Of a stretch of DNA of 64,000 nucleotides, positions 42,518 through 51,222 are shown piece by piece. Made by a program: the position numbers and the translations under genes. The notes beneath the pieces are model-generated. The model saw nothing but the letters and a program-made list of their open reading frames with translations. It was not told the origin of the DNA and did not search any database. The stretch's first letter is position 1. Every line of letters begins with the position of its first letter. Source of the DNA: Acidobacteriota bacterium (GTDB lineage: Bacteria; Acidobacteriota; Vicinamibacteria; Marinacidobacterales; Marinacidobacteraceae); NCBI GenBank assembly GCA_028877265.1, contig JAPPGX010000191.1:66144-130143 (forward strand), written 5' to 3'.

Positions 42518-45500
42518 ATGAGTTCCGATCCAGGCAACCACGCGGAACCCCGTGGACCGATCGCCTACATGGCGAGCAACGGCGTGGCGTCCAACTTGCT
42601 GATGTTCGGCATCCTCGCGGTGGGCCTCGTGTCGCTGACCGGCCTCGAGCAGCAAGCGTGGCCCACGGTGCCTTTCAACCAGTTCGAGATCTCGGTGCCG
42701 TTCCCGGGCGCAACGCCCCAAGAGGTGGAGGAGGCCATCGTCGTCAAGATCGAGGATGAGGTCAGGGGATTGGCGGAGGTGAAGACGGTCCGGTCCGTAG
42801 CGGCCCCGGGAATGGCGTCCGTCAGGGTCGAAGTCAACTCCGGTACGGACATGGGCGCGAAGAGGGACGAAATCGAGTCGGCGGTCGCGCGGATTCAGAC
42901 CTTCCCGGGTGGGGCCGAGCGGCCCCAGATCCGTGAAATGACGAACGCCCAGAGCATGATGCGTCTCGTCCTCTACGGCGACGTTCCAGAGCGCTCGCTG
43001 AAGGAGCTCGCCCACCGGATCGAAGACGATCTCGCGTCGCTCCCGAACGTGTCCCTGGTCGAGACCAGCGGGGTGCGCAACTACGAGATCTCGATCGAAG
43101 TGCCGCTCGAGCGGCTGCGGGCCCTTGGGCTCACGCTGACCGACATCGCCAACACGGTTCGCCGCGGTTCCCTGGACCTGTCGGCGGGCAGCATCGATAC
43201 CGCGCAATCCCGGGTGCGGATTCGGACCCTCGGCCAGAGCTACGACCAGCAGGACTTCGAGGACATCGTCGTCCTCGGCCGCGCCGACGGCACGGTGGTG
43301 CGCCTGGGTGAGATTGCCGAGGTGCGCGACGGCTTCCACGACTCAGGTTTGCTGGTGCGGTACCAGGGCGAGCCAGCCGTGTTCGTCGAGGTTTCGCGAG
43401 CCGATGGCGAGAGGGTGATGGACGTGGCGCGCGCCGTTCGGGAACACGTCGCGAACGAGATAGCGCCCTCGCTCCCGGACGGCATGGGCATCGACATCTG
43501 GAACGACGACTCTTCGGTCTTCTCGGAACGTGCCCTCCTTCTCCTCAAGAATGGAGCCTTGGGGCTGTTGCTGGTCCTGATCGCGCTGGGTCTGTTTCTC
43601 CAGCTTCGGCTGGCGTTCTGGGTCGCCGTCGGCCTCGGCGTTTCCGCGATCGGCGCCCTGGCCGCCATGATGGTGTTCGACATCCCGCTCCACGAGATTT
43701 CGCTCTTCGCCTTCGTGCTCGCCATCGGCATCGTCGTGGACGATGCGATCGTCGTGTCGGAGCACATCCACGAGGAACGAAAGCGCGGCACGCCGGGACT
43801 CGCGGCGGCGATCCGGGGCGCGCGACGCATCAAGGTGCCGCTGGTCTTCGCGGTGCTGACGACCATCGTGGCGTTCCTTCCGCTGCTCTTCATACCCGCG
43901 GGGTTCGGAGAGGTGTGGAAGGCACTGCCGATCGTCGCTATTGCCACGCTGCTCTTTTCGCTGGTCGAATCGCTCCTGGTGCTGCCCAATCATCTGTCCC
44001 ATCATCTGCACGGCCCGGATTGGGCGCCCCGGACGGGCATGGAGCGGTTCGTCGCCCGGATCCAGAATCGGGTCGATTCCTGGTTGAACCGCTTCATCCA
44101 GGGACCCGTGGACCGCGGGATCCAGTTGGCGACGGACTGGCCCGGGGTGACGGTTTCGGCGGCCGTTGCGCTGCTCGTCCTGAGCATTTCCCTTCTTCCG
44201 GCCGGCATCGTTCCCACCACCTTCGCGACGAAGGTCGAAGGCGACTTCGCGATCGCCACCCTTGAGATGCCGGAAGGAACGACCGCGCCGCAAACGTACG
44301 CCGTGGCGCAACACCTGGAATCGGCCGGCCGCCGGGCCGTCGAGCGGCTCTCCCAAAGCCGGCCCGCTGACGCGCCTCCCCTCTTGTCCGGAGTTACGGT
44401 CGTCGTCGGCCAGCGGTCGCGGCTCGAAACCGGAGGCCTCAATCCCTCGCCCACTTTGAACCCGGAAGCCAATGTCGCGACCATCGAGTTCAAGCTCCTG
44501 AGCGCCCAGCTGCGGAGCATCACTTCGGGAGACGTCGTGCAGGCATGGCGCGAGGAGGTGGGTGTCCTGCCTCAGGTACGCGCGGTCACCTTCATCAGCG
44601 AGATCTACACATTGGGCAACCCCGTCGAGGCGGCGCTGTCCCACCCGGATCCGGAACGCCTCAACGAGATCGCGAATTCCACCGTCGCCGGCCTCGGCAG
44701 GGTCGGAGGCGTCTTCGACATACGCTCGGATCACACTCCCGGGATCCCGGAAGTCCAGGTGGGACTACTTCCCGAAGCGCGCACCCTGGGCCTCACGCTG
44801 GATGATCTTGCCCGGCAGACGCGAGCGGCCTTCTTCGGTGAGGAGGCCGTGCGGGTGCAGCGGGGACGTGACGAAGTTCGGGTCTACGTCCGGTTACCCG
44901 AGGAGCAACGGAACGCGATCACCGACGTCGAGAGTTACCGGCTCCGGACGCCAACTGGCGCCGACGTGCCGGTCAGCCGCGTGGCTTCGCTGAGTTCGGG
45001 CACCTCGCCGCCGGCCATCCGGCGCCAGGACGGCCAGCGGATTGTGACCGTTACCGCGGATGTCGATCCGAGTGTGACTTCCGCCGCGACCGCCAACGAC
45101 ATTCTGGAGAACACCATCCTGGCGGGGCTCATCGCGGAGAACCCGGAACTGACCTATACCTTCGGAGGGGAACAGCAACAACAGCTCGACTCCCTGGGCG
45201 GTCTCTATCGCGGATTCGTGATCGCGCTGCTCCTGATCTTCGCGCTGCTGGCCATTCCCCTGCGCTCCTACACGAAACCGTTCATTGTCATGGCCATCAT
45301 CCCGTTCGGGTTCGTCGGGGTGATCCTGGGTCACTGGATGCTGGGGGTCGCCGTGAGCGCGGAGTCCTTCGTCGGGATCTTCGGGTTGGCCGGCGTGGTC
45401 GTCAACGACTCCCTGGTGATGATCGATTTCACCGACCAGAAGCTCCGGGACGGCATCCCGGTGCGAACCGCGATCATCGAGGGCGCGAAGGGACGCTTCC

Positions 45501-45721
45501 GCCCGATCATGCTGACTTCCCTGACGACCTTCCTGGGTTTCACCCCCCTGATTCTCGAGGACGCGATTCAGGCGCAGTTCTTTGTTCCCTTCTCCGCCTC
45601 GATCGGTTGCGGCATTCTCTTCACCACGGTGATCATCATGTTTCTGGTGCCCGCGCTTTCCTCGATCCACCTGCGCCTTGGCTCGGCCCGGCAACAACTG
45701 GCCGCCGAGGGTTCCGGTTGA
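42518..45721 (+). CDS. RND efflux permease (AcrB/HAE-like inner-membrane transporter)
   Basis: The protein is 1067 aa. Blocks are 'ASNLLMFGILAVGLVSL', the TM4 block 'LAIGIVVDDAIVVSEHI', and the second half-repeat 'AGVVVNDSLVMIDF'. It lies 67 nt downstream of the P450 gene on the same strand. Confidence 0.85.
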   Translation: MSSDPGNHAEPRGPIAYMASNGVASNLLMFGILAVGLVSLTGLEQQAWPTVPFNQFEISVPFPGATPQEVEEAIVVKIEDEVRGLAEVKTVRSVAAPGMASVRVEVNSGTDMGAKRDEIESAVARIQTFPGGAERPQIREMTNAQSMMRLVLYGDVPERSLKELAHRIEDDLASLPNVSLVETSGVRNYEISIEVPLERLRALGLTLTDIANTVRRGSLDLSAGSIDTAQSRVRIRTLGQSYDQQDFEDIVVLGRADGTVVRLGEIAEVRDGFHDSGLLVRYQGEPAVFVEVSRADGERVMDVARAVREHVANEIAPSLPDGMGIDIWNDDSSVFSERALLLLKNGALGLLLVLIALGLFLQLRLAFWVAVGLGVSAIGALAAMMVFDIPLHEISLFAFVLAIGIVVDDAIVVSEHIHEERKRGTPGLAAAIRGARRIKVPLVFAVLTTIVAFLPLLFIPAGFGEVWKALPIVAIATLLFSLVESLLVLPNHLSHHLHGPDWAPRTGMERFVARIQNRVDSWLNRFIQGPVDRGIQLATDWPGVTVSAAVALLVLSISLLPAGIVPTTFATKVEGDFAIATLEMPEGTTAPQTYAVAQHLESAGRRAVERLSQSRPADAPPLLSGVTVVVGQRSRLETGGLNPSPTLNPEANVATIEFKLLSAQLRSITSGDVVQAWREEVGVLPQVRAVTFISEIYTLGNPVEAALSHPDPERLNEIANSTVAGLGRVGGVFDIRSDHTPGIPEVQVGLLPEARTLGLTLDDLARQTRAAFFGEEAVRVQRGRDEVRVYVRLPEEQRNAITDVESYRLRTPTGADVPVSRVASLSSGTSPPAIRRQDGQRIVTVTADVDPSVTSAATANDILENTILAGLIAENPELTYTFGGEQQQQLDSLGGLYRGFVIALLLIFALLAIPLRSYTKPFIVMAIIPFGFVGVILGHWMLGVAVSAESFVGIFGLAGVVVNDSLVMIDFTDQKLRDGIPVRTAIIEGAKGRFRPIMLTSLTTFLGFTPLILEDAIQAQFFVPFSASIGCGILFTTVIIMFLVPALSSIHLRLGSARQQLAAEGSG

Positions 45722-45758
45722 CGGGGCGGGCGGACGAAGAGCCCGTCGGGGCGCCGGG

Positions 45759-46814
45759 CTAGCCCGAAAGGGGCCGGCGCGCCACGAAACAGTAGAGCGG
45801 GGTGAAGATCCCCGTCTTGCCCCCCGCGACGTAAGCGTCCGCGGTCCGGTCCAGGAGAGCCACCACCTCCGCCGAGCCCCTCGGGAACGCACCGAAGAAC
45901 TCGGCCAGCCGGACTCCCCACCGCAGCGCCTTGCGGCCCATCGGAATCCGGCGGAACGCGCTGCCGGGCAACCCGCGGAGGGTTTCCATGGGCTGATACC
46001 ACGGCGTGTCCTGACGGTGCCCGTCGGCGGCGAGGTCCTCACCCTCCAGGACTTCGAATCCTGCGGTTGCGAGCGCCCGGTTGACCTCCCCGAACGTCGC
46101 AATGTCCTTGAGCGCGATGCCGTGCATGAGCTCCTGCTTGATGGCGCGGTGCCGGTCGTCCCCCGGGTCGTACAGGTCCGTCATGCACATTTCCTGGCCC
46201 CAGAAGAGGGCTCCAGGTTTCAGCACTCGGTAGATCTCGGCGAACGCGCCCGCCTTGTCGTCCGCGTGGCAGGTTGATTCGATCGCGTAGCCGCGGTCGA
46301 AGGTCCGGTCCGCGATCGCGCTCATGTCCATGAAGCTGCACTGGAGACAGTCGGTCTGGCCGGCGAGCCCCGCGGCCTCGTTCAAGCGCCTTGCGTTGTT
46401 GCACTGGACTTCGCTGGCGTTGATTCCGACAACGCGGACTCCAACCTCCCTCGCCACGCGGCGCATCGGACCGCCGATCCCGCATCCGACATCCACGACG
46501 GTCATGCCCGGACGCAGTTCGAGCCTGGACATCATGAGTCTCTGGTGCCGGATCTTGGAGTCCTCCAGGCTTTCGCCGGGCGACAGCGGCGCAAAGTGCA
46601 GGGACTCTCCCCAACCCATGACCATGAACTCGGTGCAAAGGTCGTAGTACTCCTTGACGGTCCGCGTGTGGTCGTACCCCCCGTCGGCATCCCCCCGGGG
46701 GGATGCCCTGTCGGTCCATCCTTCGAAGTCCCGCACGCGGTTCGTGACGTTTGATCCGCCGAACGCAGTTCTCAACCCATCGGATAGCCCACGGATTTGT
46801 CCGGTGAACTTCAC
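45759..46814 (-). CDS. Sterol 24-C-methyltransferase (ERG6/SMT) family SAM-dependent methyltransferase
   Basis: Blocks, compared with ERG6/SMT1 from memory: 'EYYDLCTEFMVMGWGESLHFAP' (SMT region I, YEYGWGxSFHF); SAM motif 'VVDVGCGIGGP'; 'YAIESTCHA' (ERG6 YAIEATCHA); 'IYRVLKPGA'; 'PWYQPM'; and the C-terminal 'YVAGGKTGIFTPLYCFVARRP' (ERG6 LVAGGKSKLFTPMMLFVARKP). The start at 46814 is GTG. Confidence 0.85.
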   Translation of the reverse strand: MKFTGQIRGLSDGLRTAFGGSNVTNRVRDFEGWTDRASPRGDADGGYDHTRTVKEYYDLCTEFMVMGWGESLHFAPLSPGESLEDSKIRHQRLMMSRLELRPGMTVVDVGCGIGGPMRRVAREVGVRVVGINASEVQCNNARRLNEAAGLAGQTDCLQCSFMDMSAIADRTFDRGYAIESTCHADDKAGAFAEIYRVLKPGALFWGQEMCMTDLYDPGDDRHRAIKQELMHGIALKDIATFGEVNRALATAGFEVLEGEDLAADGHRQDTPWYQPMETLRGLPGSAFRRIPMGRKALRWGVRLAEFFGAFPRGSAEVVALLDRTADAYVAGGKTGIFTPLYCFVARRPLSG

Positions 46815-47147
46815 GGCGTGTTCTGGCCCGGTTCCGGCTCTCGCAGGCCACCCGGACGTGCGAAACCGGTTCTTCGCACCGGGGGCCGTTGAAGACGGGG
46901 CCCCGCGGGTCGCGGTTCCGCCAGCGGTCGCGGGGACGCACGGCGGATAGCCGCCACGTCAGCCGGCACCCGGACTTCCCTCCCCCCCAAGACAGTGGAT
47001 AGTCTAGTGGAGGCGTTGCGGACCCCGGGAGCACGCCGAAGGAGATGGACGGATGCGCAGGAAACGCCAACTCTCGCTGTTTCCGGCCGTATCCGGGGTG
47101 CTCTCTGGACGCCCGGACCACCGCCGCGAAGGAGCCGCTGCCGGTTG

Positions 47148-48851
47148 GTGACGTTTCGCTATCTCCTTGTTGCGGGCCTCCTCGGGTTCGCCGGTTGTGC
47201 GCCGGGGCCGGCGGAAACCCGTTTCGAGGTTTCCTTCCCGGCGGAGCTTCACGAAGGACCGATCACCGGCAGGGCCTACGTGGTCATCGGGACCGAGCCG
47301 GACATCGCGGCGATCCGGCAGCGGAGCCTCGGTCACCAGCCGGTGTCCGCCGCGCGCGGCGTCCCGTTCTTCGCGGTGGACGTCGAGGGGCTGGCGTCCG
47401 GCCAACCCGCGGTGATCGACGGTTCCACCCTGGGATACCCGGTTGAGCGCCTCGCCGAACTCCCCGCCGGGGACTACTACGTGCAGGCGCTCCTCGTCCC
47501 GTACACCGAGTTTCACCGCGCCGACGGGCACGTGATCTGGGCCCACCGGGACGAGTGGGAAGGGCAGCACTTCAACTGGGCCCCCGGCACCCTGCTCAGC
47601 GACGCGGAGAGAGTCCGGCTCGATCCGGCGAGCGGCTTCTCCTTCCGCCTGCGCCTCGTCGAGGAACTTCCCGAGATCGAGGTGCCGCCCGACGACATGT
47701 GGGTGCGGCGGGTGAAATTCGAGAGCCCGATGCTCAGCGAGTTCTGGGGCCAACCGGTCTATCTCGGAGCCACCGTGCTGCTTCCGGAGGGATACGACTC
47801 GCATCCGGACACCTGGTACCCAACGGTGTATCAGCAGGGCCATTTCAGCCTCGACCCGCCGTTCGGGTTTTCGGCGGACCCGGTGGAGGAATCGGCAGCC
47901 GCCCGCGCCGCAAGGCTCGAACGCGGGGTCGAGAACGGTTTCGAGTTCTTCGAGTCCTGGCGGTCTCCAGGCTTCCCGCGGATGGTCGCGGTCACCTTCC
48001 AGCACCCGACCCCTTATTTCGACGACTCCTACGCGGTGAATTCGGCCAACAACGGCCCCTACCAGGACGCCCTCATGACCGAGTTGATCCCTTACCTCGA
48101 GGAGCGGTTCCGGATGATCCCGGAGGGGTGGGCGCGCCTGCTCACCGGCGGATCCACCGGCGGATACGAAGCGCTCGCCCTCCAGGCGCACCGGCCGACC
48201 GACTTCGGGGGCGCCTGGGTCTTCTATCCGGATCCCATCGACTTCCGGCGGTTCTTCCTGATCAACATCTACGAGGACGAGAACGCGTTTCGCGCGCCCG
48301 GCTGGAGTGACGGGCAACTCGCTCCCGAGCGCTACGCGTTCCGCGACGATGACGGCCAGCCGCTGCAGAGCATCCGCGAGCTGAGTCGACTGGCGTCCGT
48401 CCTCGGCAGCCGCGGGAGGTCGACCGACTATCTGGAAGCTTGGGAAGCGTCCTTCGGGCCCGTCGGCGAGGACGGCTACCCCCGTCCTCTCTGGGACAAG
48501 CGGACCGGTGTCATCGACCGCGAGGTGGCGCGCTACTGGCGGGAGAACGGCTACGACCTCCGCCACTACCTCGAGACGAACTGGGGAGAGATCGGCCCCG
48601 ACCTGGTGGGCAAACTCCACTTCATCTGCGGGGACATGGACAACTACTACTTCAACCACCCGGTCTATCTCATCGAGGAATTCCTGGAGGCCACCGAGAG
48701 CCCCCACTACGGCGGTTCGTTCCGCTACGGGCGGCCCAACAAGGGACACGGCTGGACGCCGATCACGAACGCGGAGCTGTTCCGGGAAATGGCGGCGCAC
48801 CTGACGCGGAACGCGCCGCCGGGCGCCGACACCCGCGGGTGGAAGTACTGA
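47148..48851 (+). CDS. Esterase-like alpha/beta-hydrolase lipoprotein (putative esterase / enterochelin-esterase-like)
   Basis: The proposed GTG start at 47148 gives VTFRYLLVAGLLGFAGC, which contains a lipobox. A G-x-S-x-G nucleophile elbow lies in 'LLTGGSTGGYEALALQ'. The family call is tentative. Confidence 0.5.
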   Translation: MTFRYLLVAGLLGFAGCAPGPAETRFEVSFPAELHEGPITGRAYVVIGTEPDIAAIRQRSLGHQPVSAARGVPFFAVDVEGLASGQPAVIDGSTLGYPVERLAELPAGDYYVQALLVPYTEFHRADGHVIWAHRDEWEGQHFNWAPGTLLSDAERVRLDPASGFSFRLRLVEELPEIEVPPDDMWVRRVKFESPMLSEFWGQPVYLGATVLLPEGYDSHPDTWYPTVYQQGHFSLDPPFGFSADPVEESAAARAARLERGVENGFEFFESWRSPGFPRMVAVTFQHPTPYFDDSYAVNSANNGPYQDALMTELIPYLEERFRMIPEGWARLLTGGSTGGYEALALQAHRPTDFGGAWVFYPDPIDFRRFFLINIYEDENAFRAPGWSDGQLAPERYAFRDDDGQPLQSIRELSRLASVLGSRGRSTDYLEAWEASFGPVGEDGYPRPLWDKRTGVIDREVARYWRENGYDLRHYLETNWGEIGPDLVGKLHFICGDMDNYYFNHPVYLIEEFLEATESPHYGGSFRYGRPNKGHGWTPITNAELFREMAAHLTRNAPPGADTRGWKY

Positions 48852-48911
48852 CCGGCGGTCGTCCGCCGTTCGGGCTGAGACTGCGGCTCCCCGGAGCGTC
48901 GGTTCCAGAGC

Positions 48912-50171
48912 ATGCGTGAGGCCGGACCGGACCGGGCCTTCCGGCGGTTGCGGCTGCTCCTGGCGGCGCTCCTCTTCGTCGGCTACGCGGGCTACTACCT
49001 CGGCCGGGTCACGGTTCCGGTGGCGCTGCCCCTCATCGGCGAAGCCTTCGGTTACTCGAACACCGAGGTCGGCCTGATCCTCTCCGTGTATTTCGCGGTG
49101 TACGCCGCCTCGAAACTCGTGAACGGTTTCCTGGGCGACCGGATCGGCGGCAAGGCGATGTTCTTCATCGGACTGTTCGGGTCCGTCCTGATGAATGCGG
49201 CCTTCGGTTTCGGCCGGGAGCTCTTCCTTTTCGTCGCGATCTGGGGGGTCAACGCCTATTTCCAGACGATGGGCTGGCTCGCCGTCATGCCGATCATGGC
49301 CCGCTGGTACCCGAGCCGCGAGAGCGGCCGCGTGATGGGCTTCATGTCGATCAGCTATCAACTCGGCGACTTCCTCGCCCGGGCCTCGGCCGCGGTGCTG
49401 ATCGTGGCGCTCGGATGGTCGGGACTCTTCTGGGCGCACGCCGTCCTGCTCGCCCTGTTCGGCCTGGCGCTCTTCCGTCTCATCAGACCCGAGCCGCCGT
49501 CGGCAACCTATCCGGCCGGGCTGCGGGAGGCGCAGCCGGAGCCGGCGGCTCCGGGAGCCGAACGGAGCCGATCGCGCCACCGGATGCTCACGAGTCCGGC
49601 CTTCTGGATCCTGTGCACGAGCTACGTCCTCCTTTCCGTCGTCCGTTACAGCTTCTGGGGCTGGTCCGTGGACTATCTGGTCCAGGCCGGTGCCGGGATC
49701 GGCGCGGCGGCCGCGACGTCCGCCCTCTTCCCGCTGCTCGGCTCGGCCGGATCGATCACCGCGGGGTGGGTCTCGGACCGGCTGGGTGCTCGCCGGGGGC
49801 CGGTGCTCGCCGTCATGTGCGCGGTGCTGACCCTTTCCATCTACGTCTTCAGCCGCCTGCCGGTCGCGGAGGGGCCCTGGCTCGCGGCCGCCCTTGGGCT
49901 CGTGGGCTTCACGCTCTACGGCCCGTATTCGCTGATGTCGGGGGCCATGGTCATGGACTTCGGGGGGACGGAGGCCTCGGCCTCCGCTTCGGGCATCGTG
50001 GACGGGATCGGGGCGGCCGGGGCCGTCTTCGCGGGAGTCGGGATGGGGTACCTGATCGATGCCTATGGCTGGGACGGCGCGTTTGGCATCATCGTGGCGA
50101 TGGCTTCGGTCGCGACCGTCCTGAACGCTCTGCTCTGGAGCCATAGGCCGCTGCGCGCGGAGCGCGGCTGA
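48912..50171 (+). CDS. MFS transporter (organophosphate:Pi antiporter-like)
   Basis: The protein has 12 hydrophobic segments. 'GYAGYYLGRVTVPVALPLI' and 'KLVNGFLGDRIGGK' (the MFS D-R-x-G-R-K loop) resemble GlpT/UhpC-type carriers. Confidence 0.75.
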   Translation: MREAGPDRAFRRLRLLLAALLFVGYAGYYLGRVTVPVALPLIGEAFGYSNTEVGLILSVYFAVYAASKLVNGFLGDRIGGKAMFFIGLFGSVLMNAAFGFGRELFLFVAIWGVNAYFQTMGWLAVMPIMARWYPSRESGRVMGFMSISYQLGDFLARASAAVLIVALGWSGLFWAHAVLLALFGLALFRLIRPEPPSATYPAGLREAQPEPAAPGAERSRSRHRMLTSPAFWILCTSYVLLSVVRYSFWGWSVDYLVQAGAGIGAAAATSALFPLLGSAGSITAGWVSDRLGARRGPVLAVMCAVLTLSIYVFSRLPVAEGPWLAAALGLVGFTLYGPYSLMSGAMVMDFGGTEASASASGIVDGIGAAGAVFAGVGMGYLIDAYGWDGAFGIIVAMASVATVLNALLWSHRPLRAERG

Positions 50172-50186
50172 TCCGGGGGAACGAAC

Positions 50187-51200
50187 ATGCAGGCATCACG
50201 CTGGCTGAATGCGGTGGACACCCACACCGAGGGAGAGCCCACCCGGATCATCACCGGCGGGGTCGGCCATCTGGCCGGCGACTCGGTTTCCGCGAAGCGG
50301 GACTCCTTCCGGCGCCACCTCGACCATCTGCGCACCGCGCTCGTCGCGGAGCCCCGCGGACACAAGGACATGTTCGGATGCGTGCTGACCGAGCCGGCGG
50401 GTCCGGACGCCGAGTTCGGCATGTTCTTCATGGACAACGGCGGCTACCAGGACATGTGCGGTCACGCGACCATCGGGGTTTCGACGGCGCTCGTCGAACT
50501 GGGGATGGCTCCCGGTGAGGGCCCGCGCCGCCGCATCCGGTTCGAGACCCCGGCCGGACCCGTCGAGTCCGTGGTGGCGGTCGAAGACGGGCGGGCCGTC
50601 TCGGTCACATTCCGCGGCGTCCCCTCGTTCGTGGCGCACCTGAACGCCTCCCTGCCGGCGCCCGGGTTCGGCGATCTGAAGGTCGACGTCGCCTACGGTG
50701 GCAACTGGTTCGTCTTCGTGGACGCCGGCGAGCTGGGACTCGAGGTTTCACTCCGGAACATCCGCGAGGTCGTGGATCTGGGGATGCGGGCGCGGGAAGC
50801 CGCGAACCGGATCCTGCCGGTCCGCCATCCGGAAATCCCCGGGAGCGACCACATCAACATCGCCACCGTGCTGGCGCGCCCGGAGAACCCCGCGGCGACC
50901 TATCGGAACGTGCACGTCTTCGGGCCGCGTCAGTTCGACCGCTCCCCCGGCGGCACCGGCAACTGCGCCCGCCTGGCGGTGCTGCATCGGAAAGGAGAGC
51001 TGGGCCCGAAGCGCTCGGTACGCATCGAGAGCGTGACCGGCGGGACGTTCGTGGCGCGGATGCTTGGGGAGACCCGGGTTGGGGACCGGCAGGCCGTCGT
51101 GCCGGAAATCACGGGCTCCGCGCACGTCACCGGGTTCCACCAGTTCCCGCTGGATCCCCGCGACCGCCTGGGTCACGGGTTCTCGACGGAATCGGTGTAA
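50187..51200 (+). CDS. Proline racemase / 4-hydroxyproline epimerase superfamily protein with a non-canonical second catalytic position
   Basis: Blocks are 'AVDTHTEGEPTRIITGG', the first catalytic Cys in 'YQDMCGHATIG', and a second site reading 'DRSPGGTGNCARLA' instead of the canonical DRSPCGTG. Confidence 0.8.
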   Translation: MQASRWLNAVDTHTEGEPTRIITGGVGHLAGDSVSAKRDSFRRHLDHLRTALVAEPRGHKDMFGCVLTEPAGPDAEFGMFFMDNGGYQDMCGHATIGVSTALVELGMAPGEGPRRRIRFETPAGPVESVVAVEDGRAVSVTFRGVPSFVAHLNASLPAPGFGDLKVDVAYGGNWFVFVDAGELGLEVSLRNIREVVDLGMRAREAANRILPVRHPEIPGSDHINIATVLARPENPAATYRNVHVFGPRQFDRSPGGTGNCARLAVLHRKGELGPKRSVRIESVTGGTFVARMLGETRVGDRQAVVPEITGSAHVTGFHQFPLDPRDRLGHGFSTESV

Positions 51201-51222
51201 CCGTCGAGCGACCCCGGCGGAC

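Noticed and set aside
42518-45721. I considered whether the RND permease is a heavy-metal (HME/CzcA-type) exporter, given the metal-related genes elsewhere in the window.
   Set aside because: The TM4 block 'AIGIVVDDAIVVSEHI' resembles the AcrB/HAE-type 'VDDAIVV' motif rather than the CzcA-type D-x3-D-x3-E pattern as I remember it. A hydrophobic or amphiphilic substrate is therefore more likely. Formal classification needs phylogeny.
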